DNA of 64,000 nucleotides from Geobacteraceae bacterium GWC2_55_20 (GTDB lineage: Bacteria; Desulfobacterota; Desulfuromonadia; Geobacterales; Pseudopelobacteraceae), in assembly GCA_001802125.1 (NCBI GenBank), contig MGZK01000130.1:243-64242 (forward strand), written 5' to 3'. Below are positions 10,206 to 19,938 of this stretch, piece by piece. Positions within the stretch are counted from its first letter, which is position 1; the number at the start of each line of letters is the position of its first letter. The notes beneath the pieces were generated by a model. It saw only the letters and a program-made list of their open reading frames with translations. It was not told the DNA's origin and ran no database searches. The translations under genes and the position numbers were made by a program.

Positions 10206-10598
10206 CTACTTTAAAAATTCTCCGGCGACAATAATCCCCTCGCGTCCGCACCTTTGCATCTCGGAAGCCAGTTTTGCCACATCCATACGATCGCGGCGGG
10301 AACAGAACTCCATCAACATCGGTAAATTGGCTCCGGTGACTACTTCAACACTGCCTTCTTTCAGAAATGACATTGCCATATTGGAAGGAGTGCCTCCAAA
10401 AAGATCGGTCATTATGATGGCGCCTTCAGACTGAACCTTCGCAACCGCTTCCACAACCCTTGCCATTATGTCGTCCGCGCATTCACCGGGAGCAACTTCC
10501 ACCGCTGCGCAATTTTCTATCGGGCCGACTATCATCTCCGCTGACGCCTTGAGGGCCGTTGCAAGACCGGCATGAGTAACAAGTACTAATCCTGTCAT
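10206..10598 (-). CDS. PTS EIIA, mannose/fructose family
   Basis: LVTHAG, TDLFGGTPSN, GANLPML. Confidence 0.9.
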   Translation of the reverse strand: MTGLVLVTHAGLATALKASAEMIVGPIENCAAVEVAPGECADDIMARVVEAVAKVQSEGAIIMTDLFGGTPSNMAMSFLKEGSVEVVTGANLPMLMEFCSRRDRMDVAKLASEMQRCGREGIIVAGEFLK

Positions 10599-11458
10599 TA
10601 GTTTCCCTTTTCAATATCCCTGTGAGTTATTCTTACTGCGGGCCAAAGTTCCTGCAAATGCATACCGGTGGCTTCCGCGACCGCCACCGAGCGATGGCGG
10701 CCGCCGGTACACCCGATGGAAATAGTCAAATAGGCTTTACCTTCCTGTCTGTGAGCCGGCAAAAGCATGTCGAGAAGCGGGAAAAAGTAATCAAAGAAAG
10801 CCGCCGTGACCGTGTTGTCAAGCACATAATCCCTTACAGAATCATCCAACCCGGATCGCGCTTTCAACTCCGGCACGAAAAACGGATTCGGCAGAAAGCG
10901 CACATCCATGACGATACTCGATTCCAGCGGCACGCCATAACGAAATCCAAAGGACTGCACTTCCACCACCAGAGTATTATCCTGGTCTTCTCCCCGGATG
11001 ATGCGGAGAATGAACTCCTTAAGCTGGTGAACATTGAATTCCGATGTATCTATGACTCTGGTGGCCATGCCACGCAGGCCGGAAAGCCGCTTGCGCTCTA
11101 TTCTGATCGCCTCGCCCACCGAACAGTGTTCATCGGCCGGATGCCTGCGACGGGTCTCCGAGTAGCGTCGCACGAGTATGTCGTCCTGCGCGTCAAAGAA
11201 GAGGATTTCCAGGCTGTGTCCGGCGGCTGCGACCTTGGAAAAAGCACTCTCGTACCCCTTAAAGAATTCCCTGCCGCGAATATCGGCCACCAGAACAATA
11301 CCCTTGAAGGGTTCGCCAGATTTATCGATCAGATCGACAAAGCGCTTGAACAACCGTACCGGCAAATTATCAATACAATAGAAGCCTTCATCCTCGAGAG
11401 CCCGTACTGCCGTGGATTTGCCGGAACCGGACATGCCTGTGATGATTATGATACGCAT
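10598..11458 (-). CDS. rapZ: RNase adapter / P-loop protein RapZ
   Basis: GMSGSGKS, DNLP, DVRFLPNP, GCTGGRHRSV. Confidence 0.95.
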   Translation of the reverse strand: MRIIIITGMSGSGKSTAVRALEDEGFYCIDNLPVRLFKRFVDLIDKSGEPFKGIVLVADIRGREFFKGYESAFSKVAAAGHSLEILFFDAQDDILVRRYSETRRRHPADEHCSVGEAIRIERKRLSGLRGMATRVIDTSEFNVHQLKEFILRIIRGEDQDNTLVVEVQSFGFRYGVPLESSIVMDVRFLPNPFFVPELKARSGLDDSVRDYVLDNTVTAAFFDYFFPLLDMLLPAHRQEGKAYLTISIGCTGGRHRSVAVAEATGMHLQELWPAVRITHRDIEKGN

Positions 11459-11461
11459 TTA

Positions 11462-12457
11462 CTACTCGACCTCGTCACCAAGTGGACGCGACTCGATACG
11501 CGCCAGCAGCAGTTCCTGAAAATCCCGGGCCGAGTGGTATCCCATGCCTTTAAGAAGATAGTTGCGCGCGGCAACTTCGATGATGGAGCCAAGGTTGCGC
11601 CCCGGCCTGATAGGAATGTAAATATGTGGTATGTCTACTCCGAGAATGGTTGTGGTGCGGTCATCGATACCAAGCCGGTCATACTCGTGTGATTCGTCCC
11701 ATTCTACCAGTTCAAGCATGATATCGATAATTTTCTTGTCGCGAATCGAAGAGACCCCATAAAGATCCTTGATACTTATGATTCCCAATCCCCTGATCTC
11801 CATCAGGTACTGGATCGACTCTTCCGCCTGGCCGACAAGCACGGCCGGCATTTTCTTTTTGATGAAGACCATGTCGTCGGCAACCAGGCGATGCCCCCTG
11901 ATCACCAGGTCCAGTGCGCACTCGCTCTTGCCGATACCGCTCTTGCCTGTCAGCAACACACCAACTCCAAGCACATCCATCAGGACACCGTGCATATAGG
12001 TGGTCGGCAGTAGCCGTTCCTCAAGAAACTTGGTAATCAGCGAAATAAAGGTTGATGACTGGTGGGGGGTGGCCAGCACAGGAATGGCGTTCTGTTCAGC
12101 CAGGTCAAGCAAGAACTGGGGTGGCCGCAACCCCTTGGTAACGATAAAACACGCTATGGGGAAACTGCAAAGATTACCCAGGTTCTCGGTAGCGACATTA
12201 ATATCAATATCATTCAGAAATGAAATCTCGGTATTGCCGAGCACCTGTATCCGATCGGGATGCAGGTGCTCGGTATAACCGTCCAACGCCAAGCCGGGCT
12301 TTTGAATACGCGAGCTGGAAACACGGTTGGCAAGTCCGCGCTCACCGGCCAAGAGCGTCAGTGCGAGACCATAGTTGGTTTCGCTCAACAACTCCTGTAT
12401 TGAAAGGGCAATTCCGTCCAAGACAATTTCCCGTAGATCAAGCCCGATGCGGCTCAA
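11462..12457 (-). CDS. hprK: HPr(Ser) kinase/phosphorylase; true start may be slightly downstream
   Basis: GKSGIGKSE, LVADD, EIRGLGII, PIRPGRN. Confidence 0.93.
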   Translation of the reverse strand: MSRIGLDLREIVLDGIALSIQELLSETNYGLALTLLAGERGLANRVSSSRIQKPGLALDGYTEHLHPDRIQVLGNTEISFLNDIDINVATENLGNLCSFPIACFIVTKGLRPPQFLLDLAEQNAIPVLATPHQSSTFISLITKFLEERLLPTTYMHGVLMDVLGVGVLLTGKSGIGKSECALDLVIRGHRLVADDMVFIKKKMPAVLVGQAEESIQYLMEIRGLGIISIKDLYGVSSIRDKKIIDIMLELVEWDESHEYDRLGIDDRTTTILGVDIPHIYIPIRPGRNLGSIIEVAARNYLLKGMGYHSARDFQELLLARIESRPLGDEVE

Positions 12458-12986
12458 TCAAGCCAAAGTTGCCATCTTTACGACGATAGAGGACATTGAT
12501 TTCTCCGCTGTCGGCATCAATGAACACGATAAAATCCTTGTGCAGCAAATCCATCTGCATCACGGCTTCGTCAACCGACATGGGCTTGGCTGTTTCGGTG
12601 GTGGTCTTGATCACAACCGGTTCGGCACTGGCTTCAATACTCTCGGCTTCAAATACTTTTTTGGAAAGCTGACGGGAGTGCTCATCGCCGTTTGGCTTGT
12701 GAGCCTTGATCTTTTCCTTGTAGCGTTTGAGCTGGCGTTCGATTTTATCAATAACCGCATCAATTGCCGCATACATGTCATTGGTTGCCTCGGAAGCCTT
12801 GGTGCTGACACCTTTTGCCGATATAACGATTTCAACAATGTGGCGGATCTTCTTTTCTACTGAAAAATAAACCTGCGCATTGATTGGTCCATCGATATAC
12901 TTCACCACTCTTTCGAGTTTTTCCTCCGCGTACGCCTTAAGGGCATCGCTTTGCTCCATGTGCCTGAATGTCATGGTTGTTTGCAT
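12438..12986 (-). CDS. hpf: Ribosome hibernation promoting factor, long form
   Basis: DMYAAID...ERQLKRYKEK and C-terminal KPMSVDEA...YRRKDGNFGLIE. Confidence 0.92.
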   Translation of the reverse strand: MQTTMTFRHMEQSDALKAYAEEKLERVVKYIDGPINAQVYFSVEKKIRHIVEIVISAKGVSTKASEATNDMYAAIDAVIDKIERQLKRYKEKIKAHKPNGDEHSRQLSKKVFEAESIEASAEPVVIKTTTETAKPMSVDEAVMQMDLLHKDFIVFIDADSGEINVLYRRKDGNFGLIEPHRA

Positions 12987-13043
12987 ACTATCCTCCTGTT
13001 TGTTGGGTACTGCAATATGGACGTCTGCCGTATCGACAGCGCG

Positions 13044-14483
13044 TCAAAAATGTCGCTTTCGTTCCGATGATGAACCAAATTTAAGCATTTCCCGGTATTT
13101 GGTTACAGTTCGGCGTGCAATGTTGACTGTTTGTCCCGACAGCAACTCGGCAATCTTCTGATCAGAAAGCGGCTTTTTGGGGTCTTCCTTTTCAATGATT
13201 TCCTTGATTCTGTTCTTGACGCTCTCCGAGGCGAGAAACTCGCCCTCGCTTGTGGAGAGACCGCTGTTAAAGAAGTACTTCAGCTCATACAGCCCCTGCG
13301 GAGTCTGCATGTATTTGTTGGTTGTCACCCTGCTGATGGTTGATTCGTGCATTCCGATATCTTCAGCAATATCCCTCAAAACCAGAGGACGCAGATATTC
13401 GATGCCACGGTCGAAATATTCACGCTGGAAACGGATGATACTCTTGGCAACCTTGTAGATTGTTCTCTGCCGCTGCTGAATACTCTTGATCAACCACTGG
13501 GCGGAACGAACCTTGCCGCTGATATATTCCTCGGCATGGTTATCGATTGAACCGGTTCCACGGATCTCCGTATATTGGGTGCTGACCTTGAGATTTGGCA
13601 ACCCTTCCTCGTTAAGCATCACCACATAATCGTCGCCAACCTTGTGAACAAATATATCCGGAGATATGTAGTGCACTTCATCCGAGTTGAACGATGAACC
13701 GGGGCGGGGATCAAAGCCGCCGATGATTTTGGAGGCCATCAATACCTGGTTGATGTCTACCTTAAGAGCACGTGCAATCTGCTTGTAATTACGTTTTTCA
13801 AGATCACTGATATGGTTCAGCAGTATCCCTTCAACAACGCTCCCCTTCATCCCCATGAAACGGGCCTGGATCAACAGGCATTCCCGCAAATCCCTGGCCG
13901 CGACACCGGGCGGATCGAACTCCTGGATGCACTCCAACACATCAATGACATCATCTTCCGAAGAATTGCTGGCGGCAGCGATCTCCGGCAGCGATGCCCT
14001 CAGGTAGCCGGATTCATCAATATTGCCGATGATTACCTCTCCTACCCGCACATCCATTTCGGAATACTGTCCCATATGCAACTGCCATAACAGGTGATCT
14101 ATCAATGTCCCCTGACGGGTCAGAAGATTCTCGAAAGATGGCCGGTCGTCGTCGCCACTGTACTGTTCTCCGGAACTGTAGTTATAACCATCCAGGTAGC
14201 TGTCCCAATCCCGCAGGGTTTCTTCACCTGTTTCAACTTCATGAAATTCAGTAGAATTCTCGGCCGGATCAACTTCCAGCTCGGCTGTTTCCAGAACATC
14301 CGGCTCACTAATCTCTTCAGTTTCCGCGGTTTCTTCCAGAAGCGGATTTTCCTCCAGTTCCTGGCGAACCAGATCCTGAAGTTCCAGCCGGGTCAACTGA
14401 AGCAACTTGATGGCCTGCTGCAATTGCGGCGTCATCACCAGCTGCTGAGACATCTTAAGTTGTTGGCGCATCTCCATTGCCAT
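13044..14483 (-). CDS. rpoN: RNA polymerase sigma-54
   Basis: MTPQLQQAIKLLQL, HESTISR, RpoN box ARRTVTKYRE. Confidence 0.97.
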   Translation of the reverse strand: MAMEMRQQLKMSQQLVMTPQLQQAIKLLQLTRLELQDLVRQELEENPLLEETAETEEISEPDVLETAELEVDPAENSTEFHEVETGEETLRDWDSYLDGYNYSSGEQYSGDDDRPSFENLLTRQGTLIDHLLWQLHMGQYSEMDVRVGEVIIGNIDESGYLRASLPEIAAASNSSEDDVIDVLECIQEFDPPGVAARDLRECLLIQARFMGMKGSVVEGILLNHISDLEKRNYKQIARALKVDINQVLMASKIIGGFDPRPGSSFNSDEVHYISPDIFVHKVGDDYVVMLNEEGLPNLKVSTQYTEIRGTGSIDNHAEEYISGKVRSAQWLIKSIQQRQRTIYKVAKSIIRFQREYFDRGIEYLRPLVLRDIAEDIGMHESTISRVTTNKYMQTPQGLYELKYFFNSGLSTSEGEFLASESVKNRIKEIIEKEDPKKPLSDQKIAELLSGQTVNIARRTVTKYREMLKFGSSSERKRHF

Positions 14484-14569
14484 GAATCGTAAACCTCTGT
14501 CCCAACTAAACGAGACTATTGCATATTTGTAATCTAACCCAACACACGGCTGTCAACAATCGAATCGTA

Positions 14570-15310
14570 TTATAACTTAAAGTCGTCTCCAAGATAAATT
14601 TCACGAGCTTTTTTGCTGTTTGCGATTTCATCGGGAGTACCGTACTCCAGCACCTCTCCCGAGTTCATGATATAAGCCGCATCACAGACACCCAGTGTTT
14701 CCCTGACGTTATGATCCGAGATCAAGACACCGATGTTCTTGTTTTTCAACGAAACTATCAGATTCTGAATATCTCCCACCGCTATCGGGTCGATACCCGC
14801 AAACGGCTCGTCCAACAGTATAAATGAAGGATTCGTTATCAGGGCACGCGCAATTTCTACACGCCTCCGCTCACCACCGGACAGCGCATATCCCATGGAA
14901 GAGGCGATATGGGTGATACTGAACTCTTCCAGCAACTGCTGCATGCGCTGCCGGCGGAGATTCCTTTCCGGTTCGACAGTTTCAAGTATTGCAAGCAGGT
15001 TGTCCGCGACTGAAAGTTTGCGAAAGACTGACGCCTCCTGCGGTAAATAACTGATGCCGCGGCGGGCGCGCTGATACATCGGCAGCCCTGTAATTTCCTC
15101 ATCTCCCAGAAACACCTGACCTCCGTCAGGTTGCGCCAGGCCGACCACCATGTAAAATGTGGTTGTCTTGCCGGCTCCATTCGGACCAAGCAGTCCGATG
15201 ACAGCTCCGGAATGGATTGAAATATCGACACCATTGACAACCTGGCGACTGCCATAACGCTTCTGGAGTGATGTAGTCCAGAGCCGGGAGTGTTCAGCGA
15301 CCGTCTGCAT
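14570..15310 (-). CDS. lptB: LPS export ABC ATPase
   Basis: GPNGAGKTT, LSGGERRRVEIAR, DEPFAGIDP. Confidence 0.95.
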   Translation of the reverse strand: MQTVAEHSRLWTTSLQKRYGSRQVVNGVDISIHSGAVIGLLGPNGAGKTTTFYMVVGLAQPDGGQVFLGDEEITGLPMYQRARRGISYLPQEASVFRKLSVADNLLAILETVEPERNLRRQRMQQLLEEFSITHIASSMGYALSGGERRRVEIARALITNPSFILLDEPFAGIDPIAVGDIQNLIVSLKNKNIGVLISDHNVRETLGVCDAAYIMNSGEVLEYGTPDEIANSKKAREIYLGDDFKL

Positions 15311-15815
15311 TGCCCTTCCTGGAAGGCGGATTTATCACGGCCTCAACTCTGGATTTAGGGTCATCTCCGCCGGAAACAACACTTTTGTCATCATCGACAT
15401 AGTAGGTGATGGTCTTTCCGCTGATGCTGTTTCCCCCCTGCATTACCCTGGGATTGCCGGTCAAGGTGATGCGGCCGTCACTGCTGTCATAAACGGCCTG
15501 CGCAGCGGTCCCGGTCTTGTTCTGCTGTACGATACGCACATTTCCCGAAGCTTCGATCTTTTCCACATCACCTTTCTTGTCAGCATAGTTGACGGTGATC
15601 TTGTCGGCAAAGATGGTTATGTCGCCCTGTTTGGCAACGACCTTACCAGTAAACACAGCTGTCTTGCCCTTGTTGTCGGCGGTCAGTTCATTTGATTTAA
15701 TCGTGATCGGCAGACTGGAGCGGTCCTTGCGACTGGACTTGTCGGCGGGAGCGGCCAGCGCCACGGATGCCAACAGCATAAAGACCAAAACCATCAAGGA
15801 TATCTGTTTATTCAT
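15294..15815 (-). CDS. lptA: LPS transport periplasmic protein
   Basis: Signal peptide, OstA-like beta repeats, synteny. Confidence 0.9.
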   Translation of the reverse strand: MNKQISLMVLVFMLLASVALAAPADKSSRKDRSSLPITIKSNELTADNKGKTAVFTGKVVAKQGDITIFADKITVNYADKKGDVEKIEASGNVRIVQQNKTGTAAQAVYDSSDGRITLTGNPRVMQGGNSISGKTITYYVDDDKSVVSGGDDPKSRVEAVINPPSRKGNADGR

Positions 15816-16486
15816 CGTTTTTTACCTTTACCGCGTTTCCTGACTTTTATTACCGGCTGTTTTTTTGCTGGGAGAACAGTTTTTGCCACTCTGGACACAG
15901 GTGGCGCCTTATGCAGCGATGCCCCTGCAACAGTCGCTTCAACCGTTTTCATGAAGCGGGCGCGCTGATCCTTAACATCCAACTCCATCCCGATTGCGTT
16001 GAGACTCAAACGTAGTTGCCGGAAAACAACCCGGTCGGCTGTATTGAACCGGGACTTTGATGCATTGTATTCTATCGAGTCAGTGTCAAAGGATATGCCT
16101 TCCTCCGCCTTGACATGAACCTTTCCCTGCAGCTGTATATTGTTGCTGTTACTGAAATAATCGCCACGTTCAGCGGTTACGGTTATTGCGCCGCCCAGCC
16201 TGCTGCGTGCAAGATCCATCTGGATCCCGCTAAGATGGGCCACCTCACCATTCTTGTCATACTCGACATGTTCAGCCAACAGTTCCCAAACCACCGCACC
16301 GTCCCGAATTTCACTGAAACGAGCTTTATTCAGGGCGACATCGATATTCTGGGGAAGCTGCTGAATGGCTGACTGCGACGCAACCTGTCTATGAGAACCG
16401 TTCCGGTAGATGACGGCCACGATACCGATAAACGCCGTCGTTACAATAATGACCAGCAGCGGTCTGATAAAAACGGGCGATACCAT
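15812..16486 (-). CDS. lptC: LPS export protein LptC
   Basis: N-terminal TM and beta-rich domain; lies between kdsC and lptA. Confidence 0.8.
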   Translation of the reverse strand: MVSPVFIRPLLVIIVTTAFIGIVAVIYRNGSHRQVASQSAIQQLPQNIDVALNKARFSEIRDGAVVWELLAEHVEYDKNGEVAHLSGIQMDLARSRLGGAITVTAERGDYFSNSNNIQLQGKVHVKAEEGISFDTDSIEYNASKSRFNTADRVVFRQLRLSLNAIGMELDVKDQRARFMKTVEATVAGASLHKAPPVSRVAKTVLPAKKQPVIKVRKRGKGKKR

Positions 16487-16571
16487 AATAATGCGGGACT
16501 ATACCATCGAGGAGGGGGACTGTCCAGCAGAACGTGGTTCGTGACTACATTTTTGGCACAAAGATTGAAGG

Positions 16572-17087
16572 TCACAATTCATAACGGCTGGCCACCTCGT
16601 CCCAAAAGCCGCAACCTTTCAGAATCAGATCGCAAACCTCACGCACAGCCCCCTTGCCGCCCCCCTTTGAGGCCACATAATCAGCGACACTCAGAGCTTC
16701 CGGAAGCCCGTCCGCGGGAGCCGCGGAAAAAGCGACACGCCTCATGACCGGGACATCGATCACGTCATCCCCGACGTAGGCAATCTGGCTGTCAGACAGG
16801 CCGGTTTTCAGCTTTACGTCCTGATAGCTGTCCAGTTTTTTCAGGGCTCCCTGATAAACAATATTGATACCCAACTCGGCGGCACGAATTGCAACGACCT
16901 TGGATGTGCGCCCGGTAATAATGCCGACTTCGATACCGTGACGCTGCAGCATCTTTATGCCGTGGCCGTCCTTGACATTGAATACCTTGGTTTCAAGGCC
17001 GTTGCCGTCGTAGATGATTCCGCCATCGGTCATGACACCATCCACATCCAAAAGCAGCAGTTTGATATTCTTGAGTTTCTCGTTCAT
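16572..17087 (-). CDS. kdsC: KDO 8-phosphate phosphatase
   Basis: DVDGVMTDG, GDDVID, GGKGAVRE. Confidence 0.93.
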   Translation of the reverse strand: MNEKLKNIKLLLLDVDGVMTDGGIIYDGNGLETKVFNVKDGHGIKMLQRHGIEVGIITGRTSKVVAIRAAELGINIVYQGALKKLDSYQDVKLKTGLSDSQIAYVGDDVIDVPVMRRVAFSAAPADGLPEALSVADYVASKGGGKGAVREVCDLILKGCGFWDEVASRYEL

Positions 17088-18055
17088 CAGGCGATACCGG
17101 CTTTCAGAATGTCATGCAGGTGGACTATACCGCAGGGCGCGGGGCTTGAGTCGTCGTCAAAGACAAACAGCGAGGTAATGGCACGATGCTCCATGATCTG
17201 CAGTGCCGCGGCGGCGAGTTCACCGCGTTTGATGCGTAAAGGCCCGCGTTTCATGATCTCGGCGGCGCTCCGGTTCAGGATATCATACCCCTTTTCCAGC
17301 GACCGGCGCAGATCGCCGTCGGTTATCACTCCACGCAGCGCCCCGCTGCCGTCGCAGACACCGGTAACACCCAACCCCTTGGAAGTGATTACAAACAGCG
17401 CGTCCTTCATCAGCGTATCTTCCCGGACCAACGGTATGCCCTCTCCGCTGTGCATCAGGTCTTCCACCCGCAGCAGAAGTTTTTTGCCCAGAGAGCCGCC
17501 GGGATGGAAAATGGCAAAATCCTCGGCCCTGAAACCACGCTTGACCAGCAGCGCCACCGCCAGCGCGTCCCCCATCGCCAGCGCGGCTGTAGTCGAGGCG
17601 GTAGGCGCCAGTCCCAGCGGGCAGGCCTCCTCCTTGACCGATACATCCAGAAACACGTCGCTGGAGCGGGCCAGGTTTGATGTCTGGTTGCCGGTCATCG
17701 CGATGAGATGGGCGCCCAGGCGTTTGATGGAGGGGAGGATCCGCAGGATTTCCTCGGTCTCTCCACTGTTGGAAATGGCGATCACCACGTCTCCGGTCAT
17801 GATCATGCCCAGGTCACCGTGGATACCTTCGGCCGGGTGGAGAAAGAAAGCGGGAGTGCCGGTGGAGGCCATGGTGGAGGCGATTTTCTGCCCGACCAGG
17901 CCGGACTTGCCCATGCCGCTGACGATTACCCGGCCGGAACTGGCCAGGATCAAATCCACCGCATTCTCGAACGATCCATCGATGCGACCCGCCATCACGG
18001 ATAGCGCTTCCGCCTCAACCCTGATAACCCGGCGTGCCTCGGCTATCACTGTCAT
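17087..18055 (-). CDS. kdsD: Arabinose-5-phosphate isomerase (SIS + CBS)
   Basis: [31 protein letters not shown]. Confidence 0.93.
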   Translation of the reverse strand: MTVIAEARRVIRVEAEALSVMAGRIDGSFENAVDLILASSGRVIVSGMGKSGLVGQKIASTMASTGTPAFFLHPAEGIHGDLGMIMTGDVVIAISNSGETEEILRILPSIKRLGAHLIAMTGNQTSNLARSSDVFLDVSVKEEACPLGLAPTASTTAALAMGDALAVALLVKRGFRAEDFAIFHPGGSLGKKLLLRVEDLMHSGEGIPLVREDTLMKDALFVITSKGLGVTGVCDGSGALRGVITDGDLRRSLEKGYDILNRSAAEIMKRGPLRIKRGELAAAALQIMEHRAITSLFVFDDDSSPAPCGIVHLHDILKAGIA

Positions 18056-18885
18056 GCCGGCATCCTCTGTTTCACAACCGCATCAACAGCTTTGAGCGTA
18101 TTCAACAACTGGGCAAGTTCACTCAGGGGAATTGAATTGGGACCGTCACAGAGCGCCTTGTCCGGATCCTCGTGCACCTCCATGAAAACCCCGTCGATGC
18201 CGGTGGCTACAGCGGCCCTGGAGAGATACTCGACAAATTCGCGCTGACCGCCCGAGCTGTCCCCCTGCCCGCCCGGCAGCTGCACGCTGTGGGTGGCATC
18301 AAACACCACCGGATAGCCGGTGGAACGCATCACCGGGAAACTGCGCATGTCCACGACCAGGTTATTATATCCAAAGGAAGCGCCGCGCTCGGTCAGGATG
18401 ATGTTTTCATTGCCGCTGGCGGCAATTTTTCCGGCAACGTTCTTCATGTCCCAGGGCGCCAGGAACTGCCCCTTCTTGACATTGATGACCCGGCCGCATT
18501 TTGCCGCGGCAATCAGAAGGTCGGTCTGGCGGCAGAGGAAGGCGGGAATCTGCAGAACATCCAGCACTTCAGCAGCGGGAGAGATCTGCTCGATCGAGTG
18601 CACATCGGACAGGACCGGCAATCCCAGCGTTTCCTTGACCTTGCGCAGGATGGCCAGCCCTTCCCTGATTCCGGGACCGCGGAAAGCGTTGATCGAAGTG
18701 CGGTTGGCCTTGTCGTAGGAGGCTTTGAAGATCAGCGGTATGTTCACGCCGTTACAGATCGTCAGAAGCTTTTCGGCATGCCGCAACGTGGCGGCTTCGT
18801 TTTCAATCACGCAGGGCCCTGCAATCAGCGCCAGTGGACGTGTTCCGCCGATTTTGACATTTCCGATAATAATTTCACGAGTCAT
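18052..18885 (-). CDS. kdsA: KDO 8-phosphate synthase
   Basis: [25 protein letters not shown]; start taken at the ATG 18885. Confidence 0.95.
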   Translation of the reverse strand: MTREIIIGNVKIGGTRPLALIAGPCVIENEAATLRHAEKLLTICNGVNIPLIFKASYDKANRTSINAFRGPGIREGLAILRKVKETLGLPVLSDVHSIEQISPAAEVLDVLQIPAFLCRQTDLLIAAAKCGRVINVKKGQFLAPWDMKNVAGKIAASGNENIILTERGASFGYNNLVVDMRSFPVMRSTGYPVVFDATHSVQLPGGQGDSSGGQREFVEYLSRAAVATGIDGVFMEVHEDPDKALCDGPNSIPLSELAQLLNTLKAVDAVVKQRMPA

Positions 18886-19105
18886 TTGAATTCCAGTTCC
18901 TTTAACAATGATGTGAATTGCCGGGAGCCACTCCGGCACGGGCAGCAGCAGTTAACAGCAGACCAATCTTAACAGTCCGGTATCAATAAAAAAAGACACC
19001 CGCCAAAAAAACAGCGGGTGGCCATATCAATACCACAGGCAATGTTCTATCTCAACCCAAAAGCAGTTGCATAAGCAATATTGAAATAGCTTGTCCGGCA
19101 CCGGA

Positions 19106-19750
19106 TTACTTCCTGACAAAAATTTCCTTGGCCAGATTGCTGTCGATGGCAAACTCTGAATAGCCGACCCGGAAGATGTAGGACGGAAATGCCTGTTGCA
19201 GCACGATGCGATTTCCGGGCAAGACCCCCATCGCCATCAGTTTCTGCATTTTCTTGCTGTCTTCGGTCTGAATGTAGGCAATTTCGCCTTCCTGACCCGA
19301 TTTGAACTCGGTCAGCGGCACCACTCCCAGGTCGCCTTCGGCGCGGGCCTGTTCGCAGCAATCCCCTGGCGGGATCGGCTTGCCGTGGGGACAGGTGGTG
19401 GGGTGGTTGAGCATGGTGCAAACCTTGGTGTCCACCCCCTCGTGCAGCAGGTGCTCAAACTCGCAGGCCTTGTAATCACCGGCTTCACCACGGATGTTGA
19501 GCACATCCATCATCAGGCGTTCAGCCAGCCGGTGGCGACGGATCGTGGTGCGCCCCTCGATCTTCCCTTCGGGCCGAAAATAAACCAGCCCCTGCCTGAT
19601 CTCCACCATGGCGCGACCGGTAAGTTCGGCATAGGCGGGATCATCCAGCGGAATCGAGAAATTCTGGGGATCCAAAGCCGCAAGTTTCTTTTCCTCAACC
19701 GCAATCCAAAGCGCCTCCAGAATTTCCTCCGCCTTGTCGGATAATTTCAT
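19106..19750 (-). CDS. DtxR/IdeR-family metal-dependent regulator with C-terminal FeoA domain
   Basis: RRHRLAE, ACEFEH, CPHGKPIP, then KLMAMGVLPG (FeoA/SH3-like). Confidence 0.88.
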   Translation of the reverse strand: MKLSDKAEEILEALWIAVEEKKLAALDPQNFSIPLDDPAYAELTGRAMVEIRQGLVYFRPEGKIEGRTTIRRHRLAERLMMDVLNIRGEAGDYKACEFEHLLHEGVDTKVCTMLNHPTTCPHGKPIPPGDCCEQARAEGDLGVVPLTEFKSGQEGEIAYIQTEDSKKMQKLMAMGVLPGNRIVLQQAFPSYIFRVGYSEFAIDSNLAKEIFVRK

Positions 19751-19938
19751 TCCGCATCTCCTTTATCAGAATCGTTCTTTTTGAATATCCTGCGTATCTT
19801 TTTGACCAGTTCGGGTTCCAACGGATTTTTATAATTGCAGCGCGGACAATGGATCGAATGGCAGCCACCGGAACAACCGCCGCAGCCCTGTTTACCATCC
19901 TTTTCGTCGAATGTGTACCCGCAGAATCCGCAGATCAT
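19747..19938 (-). CDS. Small Cys-rich protein coupled to feoB
   Basis: CGFC, CGGCSGGC, CPRC; ATGA overlaps at both ends. Confidence 0.75.
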   Translation of the reverse strand: MICGFCGYTFDEKDGKQGCGGCSGGCHSIHCPRCNYKNPLEPELVKKIRRIFKKNDSDKGDAE

